Assembly: GCA_032718475.1 (NCBI GenBank)
Contig: JAUCBJ010004585.1
Location: 1 to 46,362, forward strand
Reading direction: 5' to 3'
Length of the DNA stretch: 46,362 bases
From: Nemertoderma westbladi
Lineage: Eukaryota > Animalia > Xenacoelomorpha
Part shown: positions 35,243 to 46,362 of the stretch, in pieces
How positions within the stretch are numbered: position 1 is the first letter of the stretch
Layout: every line of letters begins with the position of its first letter
Notes under the pieces: generated by a model
Databases searched by the model: none
Seen by the model: the letters and a program-made list of their open reading frames with translations, nothing else
What the model was told of the DNA's origin: nothing
Made by a program: the position numbers and the translations under genes

Positions 35243-37255
35243 TGACACAGAAGCTCAGGTACTCTCACCAGATGTTGAACCTGAATTCTTCTCAATCATG
35301 GCTGGCGTACTGCAAAGTGACACATTGGCGCCATTCATAATTGTACTGCATTACGCAATGAGGACAGCCACAAAGGGTGAAGATCTGGGATTTACACTAC
35401 AAGAATGCAGAAGCAGTAGATATCCGGCAACTACAGTCACAGACACCGACTTTGCGGATGACATCGTCCAGCTTTCTAATACGCTAACAGATGCACAGCT
35501 TCTACTGAATAAAGCGGAGAGGGGTGCTAAGGAGGGAAGCAGGACAATTCGGTCCCGGACAATTCGGTCCGGACAATTCGGTCCCGGACAATTCGGTCCC
35601 GGACAATTCGGTCCCATTAATTTTATGTTTTGGGACCGAATTGTCCGGGACCGAATTGTCCGGGACCGAATTGTCCGGGACCGAATTGTCCGGATACTGA
35701 CTAGGACAATTCGGTCCCAAAACATGCATATTGATGGGACCGAATTGTCCGGGACCGAATTGTCCGGGACCAAACTTAATTGGTACTATATAATGGTGAA
35801 TGTTCTAGAACCTTAATATATATTATTATATGGTAGCTAGTGTTTTTTTTGCTAGCTAGTATTTTTTTTTAAATAAAAAAAATTTACTTTTTTTGTTAAC
35901 ATTATTATTTATGGTAGCTATGGTGTTTTTATGGAGCTTGTTAATTATTTACTAGATAGTAATAGTATGTATTTAAAATGTTTAAAGCTGATTTTTTAAT
36001 ATATTATTGCGTAAGTATACTGTATGTGTTGTTGGTTGGTTAACAAGCCTAAATTATTATCCTAGATAATAACTGGATCTCATTCAGGGACTGTTATAAT
36101 ATCATCAATATTGTTGGTAATTAATATAATCAGCAACAGTTTAGGCCTAATTCTGAAATATCAATGTTTTCACAGGTATTTTTATAATTTCAAGGAAATG
36201 CTAGCTAGTAAAAAAAAACACTAGCTACACCTTAATAAATAATATATAATAATGTTCTCGAACACTACCAATAACAAAAATAAAAAAAAAATACAGTAAT
36301 TTTTAAATTTCAAAAAATTCTAGCAAGTAAATAACACTAGCTACCATAACAAATATCTCTACTAATGTTCTAGAACATTCACCAATATCAAAAAAGCACT
36401 AAAAAGTTGCTATAAGGAACCGGACAATTCGGTCCCGGACAATTCGGTCCTAGGACGATTCGGTCCCGGACAATTCGGTCCTAGGACAATTCGGTCCCGG
36501 ACAATTCGGTCCCGGACAATTCGGTCCCATTTATTTAGGGTTTTGGGACCGAATTGTCCGGGACCGAATTGTCCGGACCGAATTGTCCGGGACCGAATTG
36601 TCCTACATCCCTAAGGAGGTTGGATTTCATATAAATTCTACCAAGTTCGAATTCATGACTTTTAATGGAAACTTGACAACAATTGATAATAATCAGCAAA
36701 GGAGGGTTGACGACTTCCAGTACCTTGTGTCATGGATAGAGAGTAGCTAAAAAGACATAGAAGTTAGGAAAGCAAAGGCTTGGGTAGCTCTATCAAAAAT
36801 GGATACCATCTGGAAATCAGATCTCTCCAGGCACATGAAGACAAAGTTCTTTCGAGCCACAGTGGAAAGTGTATTTTTATACGGGGTGAGTCCTTGACAC
36901 TGACGAAATCAATTGAACAACGAATTGATGGTTGCTACACAAGACTACTAAGGGCAGCCCTAAACATCAGCTGGAGACAATACATGACAAACGCCGAGCT
37001 TCATGGTTGAATACCACCTGTATCAATATCAATAACCAACCTCCGTGAACGCAGATTAAGATTCAGTGGGCACTTCTACTGGAGAAGTAAACATGAGGTC
37101 ATACCAGATCTACTTTTCTTGCAACCAACACAGGGAAAGCGTAGCCGTGGAAGACCGACTATGACAACTTGAACCTGACCAACTTGAAATTGATACTGGA
37201 CTTGCGAGAAACAATATGGCGACACGACAACTATGGAGAAGCGGGAAGCCTGGAA
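35243..37255 (+). mobile_element. RTE fragment of the same family as 14238-16521 (RT through 3' region), interrupted by a MITE
   Basis: Nucleotide match to 15652-16475. It retains the TDFADD motif that the other copy lacks; multiple stops. Confidence 0.92.
35535..36610. mobile_element. Foldback-type MITE with 15-bp sub-terminal repeats (ggacaattcggtccc), GG...CC termini and an 8-bp TSD
   Basis: TSD ctaaggag at 35527-35534 and 36611-36618. The empty site gctgctaaggaggttgg is present in the sister RTE copy at ~15840. Repeats occur in both orientations at each end around an AT-rich inverted core. Superfamily (Mutator- or Merlin-like) unresolved. Confidence 0.92.
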
Positions 37256-37394
37256 TGGGAGGCCATACCCATGAACTATCTCACTTTTGGAGCAGGAACC
37301 ACATCCTAGTTTAAAAGTCAGGCAGGAGGAATTGTCTAGAATAAGGTGGAAAGATCCACAAACTATATTTATCGAAATCGAAGTGGTTAGTAGA

Positions 37395-38506
37395 GAAACT
37401 GCCTGGAAGGAGCTGGCAATCTGAGGGTCTGTCTATCTTTAACGAACTGCCTGGAAGGAGCTGGCGATCTGAGGGTCTATCCTTAACCCTATTACCACTG
37501 GGGGTGGGGGGGGGGGGGGGGGGGGGGGGAATCGGCCCCTTCCTAGTTTTTAGTTGCTGTAACTATGCAACCACATTACGTACCGGCCCAATTTTTATTG
37601 AGAATTAGCCAAATTTAATGCCGCATCTTTTGCATAAAACGACGTTGCAATTGGATTTCTACTTTTCGATGTGGGTGCCACCTCAAAATTTGGTCTCCAG
37701 CACCAAATTTTATGAATCGAAGTGGTTAGTATAGAAACTGCCTGGAAGGAGCTGGCGATCTGATGGTCTATCTTTAACGAACTGCCTGGAAGGAGCTGGC
37801 GATCTGAGGGTCTATCTGTAACGAACTGCCTGGAAGGAGCTGACGATCTGAGGATCTATCTTTAACGAACTGCCTGGAAGGAGCTGGCGATCTGAGGATC
37901 TATCTTTAACGAACTGCCTGGAAAGAGCTGGCGATCTGAGGATCTATCTTTAACCCTATTACCACTGGGGGGGGGGGGGGGGGGGGGGGGAATCGGCCCA
38001 TTCCTAGTTTTTAGTTGCTTTAACTATGCAACCACATTACGTACCGGCCCAATTTTTATTGAGAATTAGCCAAATTTAATGCCGCATCTTTTGCAAAAAA
38101 CGACGTTGCAATTGGATTTCTACTTTTCGATGTGGGTGCCACCTCAAAATTTGGTCTCCAGCACCAAATTTTATGAATCGAAGTGGTTAGTAGAGAAACT
38201 GCCTGGAAGGAGCTGGCGATCTGAGGGTCTATCTTTAACACTATTACCACTATCGGCCCCTTCCTAGTTTTTAGTTGCTGTAACTATGCAACCACATTAC
38301 GTACCGGCCCAATTTTTATTGAGAATTAGCCAAATTTAATGCCGCATCTTTTGCAAAAAACGAAGTTGCAATTGGATTTCTACTTTTCGATGTGGGTGCC
38401 ACCTCAAAATTTGGTCTCCAGCACCAAATTTTTTTAATCGAAGTGGTTAGTAGAGAAACTGCCTGGAAGGAGCTGGCGATCTGAGGGTCTATCGTTAACG
38501 AACTGC
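37395..38506. repeat. Composite array: 44-bp flank repeats interleaved with three copies of the piggyBac-MITE left end
   Basis: Unit gaactgcctggaaggagctggcgatctgagggtctatctttaac (period 44, e.g. 37741 to 37785). MITE left-end copies lie at ~37487-37715, ~37954-38175 and ~38239-38435. Confidence 0.92.
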
Positions 38507-39799
38507 TCTGGTTGTCTGATGATCTGTCTGGAACAGTCTGGCATTCCAAGCATCTGTTTGGAAAAAGCCCGTTGGACAATTATCTGTTCTCACTTACTCT
38601 ATTTGTTGACCGTATAATGAGTTAAATTCAATGTAACTCTTTTTGAAAAGGCCTTAATTAGTAGTTATGATATACTAACTGTATATATACAGTAAGTCTA
38701 GCCCCTACATAAAAAAAACTGGACCACGCAGACTGAAAGAATTTCGAATGGAAATTTTAAAAGTTTAGCGATCTATCGATTCTGTTGTATTGGTATAGGC
38801 TTACATTAATTTATTAACTACATTAATTTATGTATGTATATCCATGTACAGTGCACTAAGCATAAAGTTAATTATGCAGAGCTTAAAGTCAACTCCAACC
38901 ATAAGGTCGTCGTCATTCTTAACATGGTGTTATTATACTTATGATGATTGCGCTGTTTTAATACACAACAGTTCAGTAATATTTCAAGTTCCGAACAAGA
39001 TTTTAAACTCAATTATTTTTAATAGTTTAATTTGACATTTAATGAAACAATAGTTCCATAACTGTATTTATATTCAGTGCTGGCAGTACTGTTGGTTCAG
39101 ATGTCCTACATTAATACTGTAATATGTTGTTGGCAACCATTTCCAGACATTATTATACCCCAGATTGACTACATAATATTGTCTACTACAGTAGACTGTC
39201 TTATTTAATCCGACAGGATATTGTTTATAAGTTTCATTGTTTGTTAACGACTCAATTAATTTCCGCGTGTGATTACGCAATGCCAACTTGTCTATTTCCG
39301 GTCCTAGACGGTACTGCCCTTATTTCTGTTTATGTTATGTTGTTATGTTATGTTATTAAAATGTCGCCAGAACAAAATGATAATAAAATACATTGCACAT
39401 AAACCAAGCAGAAGCACATCTGGCAAAATACGCTAGTCATCGTATAGAAAGTATACATAGAAATTTTAAAGAAAGTATATACACTAAAATGCCTACTGTA
39501 TATATATTAGGCCTACTGTACATATTATATAGGTCATTACAATGGCAAATAAAACACATTTCAAAAGTCAATTGGAAAATCAATTAAGATTATACACGCT
39601 AAAAACAGATGAAACACATATATATACAGGACAGGTACAGTATTTAAAAATATTCAATAGAAAGTATAATAAACACACAATTAGGGCAAAAATATAACTA
39701 AAAACGGATTTTTAAATAAAAAATTAAAAATATGTACACGTCACAAACAACAGTCAAGAACAATAGATACAGTGGATACAAAATAAAAAAATAAAAAAA

Positions 39800-41900
39800 A
39801 TAATAAAAAAACCATAGCAGTGCATAGTTAGTAATACAGAAGTTAAATTAATATAAGTAGCGTTGGAGTGTGAAATTTGCAATGGCTACCTGTCTCACTA
39901 GTGTATCACTGCAATTTTGTGGCCATTTCACTGTCAAGTCTTGTTTTAAACATATTGAGACAAGGGTTACCGTTTATATCCCGCGCACTCACAACTGACT
40001 CTGAAAGGAGGTTCCATGTATTCACGACGCGATCTGCAAAGTTATTACACCTGCGTAGTGATCTACAGCCGGGTCGTTTATACAGAGCGAGCGATGAGCC
40101 ACGTGTTCTATAATTATGTAGTTCACTCCTAAACTGAAATAAGTTACAGCGATCTATATTGTCGATTCCATGAACAAATTTGTATGTCGATATCAAGGAG
40201 TACTAAATAACAGGCCATTCAGCGAGCGGATTGCTGAAATTAGCGTGGGCCGATCTTTTCCCTTTATGGCACTTTTTTCATAATATTTCCCTAGAAACTT
40301 CTTATGTGCTACTTTGGTTAGGTGGATATGATGACTAGGATTCATAACAATGTAATACAATCTCTTTCTGGAATTTATATCTTGTACGTAGTTGCCAAGG
40401 TAACCGGGTGCAAATTTCAAATTTCGAGTGCCTGTAATTCAAGACGACAATTGATTCTGTTCTTGAGATTTGGTATATGAGTAAAGGAAACAAAAGTCTA
40501 TCAAAATATTTTACAGTAAAATGTTTTTTATATCCCGTTTCCATGGTGACGGGATTACGATAATTTCCCATTGTGACCGGCGGATAGAAATTGGGCTACT
40601 ACAGTATTTACTACTTATATAATTTTCAACAAACATGCCTGGAGGCTGTCCTTTATTTCTAATAATTGCTAACCGAAATTTAATATTCTGGAATGTCAAA
40701 ATCATGCTAACACAGGTCTTGCTCTCTGATTGGACAGTTAAATTTATTGGCAAATATCGACTTTTAGAAATATAATATTTGACGAATTATAAAATAATAT
40801 ATTGGCAATTTTAACTTGTTATTTAGACTGACAAACCGAATAAAAATTGTGTTTTATAGAATTGGTAGACAATTTTTCAAATTTTTCCTTATACTTATTT
40901 CCTTGGCAACGGGAATGTAAACAAATTCAAATGTAAAATATATTGATAGTCTTTTATTTCCTTTTATCACCTACCAAATCTCAAGGGAAGAATCCATTGT
41001 CGCCTTGAAATACAGGCGCGCAAACGTTGAAATTTGCACCCGGTTACCTTGGTAACTACAAGATAAAAATTCCAGAAAGACATTTTATTACATTTCTATG
41101 AATCCTTGTCATCATATCCACCTAACCAAAGTAGCATAAATGAAGTTTCTAAGGAAATATTATGAAAATAGTGCCATAAATATGGAAAGATCGGCCTCCG
41201 CTAATTTCAGCAATCCACTCGCTGCATCACCTGTCATTTAGTACACCGTGGTCGATATCAAGTCTGTGCGAATTCTACGATATATTAGTGTTGGAAGCTT
41301 TAGCGACTTCAGCCGGTCCTCATAGGGTAGATCTCGTAGGGATGGGATGAGTCTAGTAGCTCTGTGTTGGACGTGCTGGAGAATATCAATGTCGCGCTGA
41401 AGAAATGGAGACCAAACCACAGTACGGTACATACAGTACGGTACGGTATATTATACAGAATACAGTACGTTGAACATGGAGGGTTCCAAGTAGGTGAAAG
41501 TTTGTCGGATAAGGTGAACTACACGCATAGCACGGGCTGTTGGAAATGACATAACGGAGGTGAAAGTGATGCCCAGGTCTCTCCCTTCTGAAACTGTCGA
41601 CAGTGGCTGGCCATTCATAGAATAAGTAGATAATGTGTTCATATACCCCAGGTGCATCACCTTGCACTTTGTGCTGTTGAATTGGAGGTTCCAACGATTG
41701 GACCAAGCGAGAAGTCTATCTAAGTCAGCTTGCAAGGACTTAACATCATCGGTATTATGAATGGGTCTATATATCTTTGTGTCATCGACAAAGATCTTAC
41801 ACAAGGAGGATACAATACCAGGAACATCGTTGACAAATGCGAGAAAGAGGATCGCTGCAGTAACTGTTTCTTGTGGGACCCCACAAGTTGTTTACATTGT
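39800..41900 (-). mobile_element. CR1-clade LINE 3' fragment, interrupted by a MITE
   Basis: GVPQ..V...ILFLAFVNDVP, CKIFVDDTKIY, KCKVMHLG, VQHRATRLIP..LPYEDRLKSLKLPTL.YRR.R.DLI..YK, FADRVVNTWNLL, FKTRLD: a typical CR1 RT and C-terminus. Confidence 0.92.
40194..41250. mobile_element. Non-autonomous TIR element (~1.06 kb) with CA...TG termini, an 8-bp TSD and long (~350-bp) imperfect TIRs; P- or hAT-like
   Basis: TSD gtcgatat at 40186-40193 and 41251-41258. Termini are caaggagtactaaat and (reverse complement) cacggtgtactaaat. Removing the element restores the CR1 reading DLISTYK. Confidence 0.92.
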
Positions 41901-42044
41901 TAAGGAACCGGTACTTGTTCGGATGGCGGCCTGGGTGGAAAATCGTTTTAAATTTGATCACGCACTTCACTCACTTGTTTTAGGAACTGTCGGCTCCTGA
42001 CAAGACACACTGAAATCAAATGAATAGAATAGGTACTTACTTAT

Positions 42045-42325
42045 AGAATTAGCTCGGTATAACCATGCATTATTTTTATAGCTCAGTATAGGTCGATACA
42101 CCTCTGTACTATCTCATATTTTGCTCGGTATAGTTTGATACAGTATTATCATGTTATAGCTCGGTATAGGTCGGTACTATCCCGACATCGCTCGCTATAT
42201 CCGTATATTGTGTTTTGAGATATCGTTATTGCTCGGTATAGATCGGTATTGTCGATATTAAATCCTTATAGCTCATTCTAGATGATTCTTATCTTGTTAT
42301 AGCTCTCGGTATAGGTTGTTCACTT
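42045..42325. repeat. Degenerate tandem repeats with core tagctcggtataggtcg
   Basis: The core gctcggtata or a variant recurs ~8 times at irregular 30-45-bp spacing. Confidence 0.65.
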
Positions 42326-43239
42326 TATATTATTATTTGCTGAAGTTTAGTATCAATATAATATCGCTGATACGCCGAACGGACACACTCTTTTTGACAC
42401 CCAACCCAGGTAGGTCTCTATAATTGAACATTATTGAGAATCTGGACAATCGTGTTAGATCTCTGAGTTCCGGCTTACATCCTAATCCATTAAATAATTA
42501 CCGTATGGCGATATTTCTAACTAATAATTCAAGTAAAACCTTTAATATTAATAGTATCATGATTGAGTATTGTCCTGGATTGAATATTATAAAGTAAAAA
42601 TACGTTTCCCCTAAAGGGAAACACGATTCCGAACTAAGCCCTTCGAAAATAATTAGTCAGTCGTTTACTTAAGTAATTGTGCCCCCACATTCTCGCGGGA
42701 CTGTTTACCCCAGTGAATTACATAAGTGAACGTTTGTCGTCAGGAAATAATCAAATTTTAGTGAGTGAATCAAGGCGATGAGGGAAAAAAAGGGGAGATA
42801 AAATCACTATATTCAAGCGTCCTCCTTTAGAAGGTAACCAGCGCACTTTACGTTTGTCTGTGCCACTCCGGGGCGTTTATTTCCAAACCCTTGACCGTAT
42901 ATAATAATCTTTTGACATTAAATTGTTGATAAAACCATTTTCGATCAAATGCGCTAACACGTTGGCCTACAGCAAATCACTCCATTAAATCACACACGAA
43001 AATTATTTTTTAATAAAATTATGTTAAAAAGTTTTTATTGACGTTTTTATTTGCGCCAGTTTTATTTCCAATAGTCCTACTGTATCCCAGTCTATCATAT
43101 AAATAATTTATAGGCTTTACTGCAGTACTACAGTACAATATGTGTATATAATTTGGTACTACTGTATGTAGCCTACAGACAGTAACTTTTAAATAGCATA
43201 TACTCTGTAACCTGTTTCTTTTTGCAATATCTAATTACT

Positions 43240-43605
43240 AGGTTCGAATCCGGCTAAAGGCTGTAGAAATTTCGCACTGTTGTATCCATAGGCAATGTTA
43301 GCTTATTCAATCCCGCTAACACCCCATAAAGTTATAAGCCGATAAGCAATATTGGGAGCCACGAGATTGGGTAATTAACCAACTCGTGGCATCCCAATAA
43401 GAATGGGAAGGAGAAGCACACAATGAGGGTCAGGGGCCAAACCCCTTACCCAGAGAGAATAGGTGGAGTGAACGGGAACACTCCAAAGGGCGCCAACAAG
43501 GGTATCAACCAATCAGAGGGGGGAAAGGCATCGATTAGGTAGAGTAACAAGGCCAACCGTGCAATATAGCCACTTGGCAGTAATAATACCAATTCAGTTA
43601 TCTCA
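43240..43605 (+). mobile_element. Probable 5'-truncated tRNA-derived SINE
   Basis: Pol III B-box ggttcgaatcc at 43241-43251 with no upstream A-box or cloverleaf; GC-richer body with a long hairpin tattgggagccacgagattgg...ccaactcgtggcatcccaata. Confidence 0.45.
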
Positions 43606-43899
43606 GTGCAATACCGGTGCTAGATTAGGTTACATAGTTTTAGATAGGGAAGGACCGGGACTTTAGTTACCGTATCCCGCCTTCCATATACGACAATATT
43701 ATATCTATATCTATATCTATATCTGCATATCATATTATATACGACAAACGGCACAAACTCATTTACTCTTTATACACGGCGGGGACGCGTGAACTAAAAC
43801 CGGATAAACCGGGATTCCTCTTGGATCCCGTCACAGGCAAGACACTTTAGACATTAGTGCCTACGCCAACCCAGCGGTATAATTGGAACCTTGCTTTGA

Positions 43900-44040
43900 T
43901 GGGTGTCGTCGCGTTACGGCTACTGTTGCGTTACGGCAATTTTATTGGGAGATTAGCCGTAACGCGACTTTCAAAGTCGCGGTCGGCTACTCTAAAAGTC
44001 GCGTTACGGATAATTGTCGCGTTACGGCTAATCTATTGTC
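43900..44040. repeat. Cluster of gtcgcgttacgg motifs in both orientations (TE sub-terminal-like)
   Basis: Four to five forward copies and one inverted copy (agccgtaacgcgac, ~43955-43968). Confidence 0.65.
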
Positions 44041-44259
44041 TTGGTTTTACATAGGGAATCATTATCAATATTATTCTATGGTGTTTACGTACAGATAAGA
44101 AAGGTTCGAAAAATGTAATGTAATAATGTTTTACAGCATGGGAGTATCCAGGGGGGGGGGGGGGGGGATTTTACCATCTTTCATGCTGTATGTACTTAGA
44201 CAACCTCACATTCAATATAATATTGTATTATTTGTATTCTATGGTATTCTTAGTAACAG

Positions 44260-44965
44260 CCTCAAGCACAGTACGGATTACAGCCAATAATAGCAGCCAA
44301 AGAAGCAATGAATGGTTTTGTGGAACATATTCCACTACTTCATATCGATGTTGTTAACCAAAGCCTGGCTCGCTACCTGAACCATATGGCGTTCTGTTTG
44401 GGGACTGATAGACATAGGAAAGGCAATAGCATCGGCATACTGATTATACTTTCGAACCAACAACCGAAAACATTAACAAGGTTGAGAAAGCTAAGGACGA
44501 TTTTAAATTGGCCTACAACATCAGCCAGGAAAAGTACATACAGGATAAAATTGAAGCAATTACAACTGCTCACATACAGCAACAATCAAGACTTACCTGG
44601 CAAACTGTAAATGAGGTATCTGGTCGGAAAAGTTTTGCAAAGGGGCGCCTCAAAGCCGATAGTCCTGAAGAACGTGTTGGGAAGTGGAAAAATCACTTCA
44701 GCAACTTGCTTGGGCAGCCACCAAACATCGAGGTCAGCCCTACAAGGAAAATATATGACAAGACACTACCTATGGAAACAGGGGACTTCACACCTGCCGA
44801 ACTCCAAAGAAGCATTAAAAGCATGTCCAATAATAAAGCGAGCGGATGAGATGAAATCCCAGCGGATGTATGGAAAACAGGAGTGATAAACAGACCATTA
44901 TAGAATGTTTGCAACCGGATGTTAAAAGGGGAAAAGCCACCACCAATTTGGACTAAAGGTCAACT
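44260..44965 (+). mobile_element. Third fragment of the 14238-16521 RTE family (linker to start of RT)
   Basis: 44514-44965 matches 14841-15292 closely. The upstream part appears to supply linker sequence deleted from the first copy; the left boundary is approximate. Confidence 0.85.
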
Positions 44966-46362
44966 GTTCGCGCTTTTGAAGACCTTTAGCAGTTTAACCT
45001 GCCAAAATTTATATGTCTTTTAGTTAATTAAAACACCTTTAGCATACGACAACAATTTATGCTAATACACAAAACATTAGCCGAAGTCAGCCCATGCGCG
45101 ATCATTCACCCGATGGATCTACACCCGGGAGGCTGAATTCGGATGCTTAAATTTTATTATTGCAGTGTAAGGTTGCAGTGTATACCTACTGTATTATTCG
45201 ATAGATCGTTAATAATTAATCTCTGACAGATATTATTGGCTTTCGGGAAATATTAACAGTTCCTTTAGGACGCGGCGCTCTATCTATTTAAACAGAACTA
45301 AGACTTATACCAAAACGCAACGATACCGCTTATGATTAAAGTATAAAGCGTATTCTTTAGGAAATACTTTGTTACCAATCACAATCATACACACTATTCT
45401 GCCGACCGTAAGTATATTTGATCACACATAAAGAGAGCAGTAATTGACTCATGTAGTGTCTGCTAAATAACATTAGATTCAATACACACCACATTAATAT
45501 AAATCGCAATTGTTATGTATAGCCGGTCTCTCTAACCTGTAGTGTATCAAGAAAATTGGGAAATTTGGGTGATTTATCCGTATTATCCAAAGAGCAATAT
45601 TTCCATCAACAAATAGATACAATTAATAACTGACAGTAAAATAATAGTACAAACAATATGATTAATGCAGTTAAATTAAGTGAGTTAGTTAGTGAGTTCG
45701 TTCGTGAGTAGGTAGGTTGATTGATTAGATTGATCGGTAGGTGATTTAAGTTAGGTAACAGTTTATACTTTCGATAATTTAAGCAGTTTACTAGAGTTCT
45801 TCCCAAAAAGCCGGTGTTATGGCGAAAAATGGGAACATAACAACAGAATCATATAAAATCATATGACTACTACCACTATACGAGTATACCAAAAACTCTT
45901 ATTCCACGAAGCCCCGTTCAACACAGAGGATGAGCATAGAGATAGGAAATTCAGTTCAGTAGCGCTGGGATAGGTCGAAATCAACGCCTACGCAAATTCA
46001 ATTGGCCGACACGAACAGCAAGGCTAAGGCAACCTCTCTAAGCTAGTTGGCCGATTAAACTGAGCCCAGATATCTCCGTACAGCACATCAGCCAATAAGC
46101 TGGTAGCTTGCACTATTTTAGTTATAAATCCCTTTGAGAGTATTCTAGCGACTGGGGGGGAACTGGCCAGCAAAGGCAAACGTATCAGTTATCCCACAAA
46201 AGCTTTTACACCGCTCCCAGAAAATGGGATTTAAGTCTATAAAATATACAAAATCACAGTTTCTAAAATATAAAAATACTCTAAACAGTTAGTCTTTCTT
46301 GCGCGGACGGCGTTTACGCAGTTTTTTAAAGCTAGCAAGAGTCCTTTTCTCTTTGGGGCGAG

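Larger units (their letters stand above)
30480..39340. repeat. Segmental duplication copy B
   Basis: Collinear with 13530-22990, with different TE insertions. Confidence 0.92.

Noticed and set aside
35298-35816. 172-aa ORF with GQFGP/RDRIV repeats
   Set aside because: A chimera of dead RTE sequence reading into the 15-bp repeats of a MITE.
37499-37529. Poly-G runs (also ~37967-37990, 44151-44167 and the C-run at 21387-21406) as regulatory G-quadruplexes
   Set aside because: Most are homopolymers inside MITE ends, their length is error-prone in sequencing, and there is no independent support.
43241-43251. tRNA gene suggested by ggttcgaatcc
   Set aside because: No A-box, acceptor stem or cloverleaf around it; treated as a SINE remnant.
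44180-44212. caacctcaca as the missing right terminus of the element starting at 4058
   Set aside because: Only ~8 bp match, no ATAT TSD follows, and it is 40 kb away.
44966-46362. Right-hand tail of the window (degenerate tetranucleotide run at 45680-45755, GC-richer patches)
   Set aside because: Probably further TE remnants, but no termini, TSD or protein motif could be identified.

Overview
Eukaryotic, AT-rich, repeat-dense metazoan DNA (probably a marine invertebrate; this is an inference from the TE families and the gene, not a taxonomic identification). From left to right: (1) a 208-bp satellite array (1-4057) with 3-mer higher-order structure. (2) A transposon-like segment with ~153-bp (GTCT)-containing repeats that flip orientation and run into an almost perfectly pure ~5.95-kb (AAAC)n tract (5633-11587), then a 50-bp minisatellite. 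(3) A tandem segmental duplication (~17-kb period), each copy carrying a single-ORF, minus-strand TRPA-family ankyrin/6TM channel gene (16706-19339 and 30986-33541) with few ankyrin repeats and an atypical predicted pore filter. (4) Many nested mobile elements: RTE and CR1 LINE fragments, piggyBac-type and other MITEs with readable TSDs, Helentron-type non-autonomous elements, and Penelope/retrozyme-like inserts carrying hammerhead ribozyme motifs. The most notable observations are three tandem hammerhead-bearing ~233-bp repeats with an 11-bp TSD upstream of TRPA copy A, a mixed filled/empty-site repeat array at the piggyBac site in copy B that looks like a frozen repair intermediate, the giant microsatellite, and the divergent TRPA pair. 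All coordinates were read by eye; no database searches were run.
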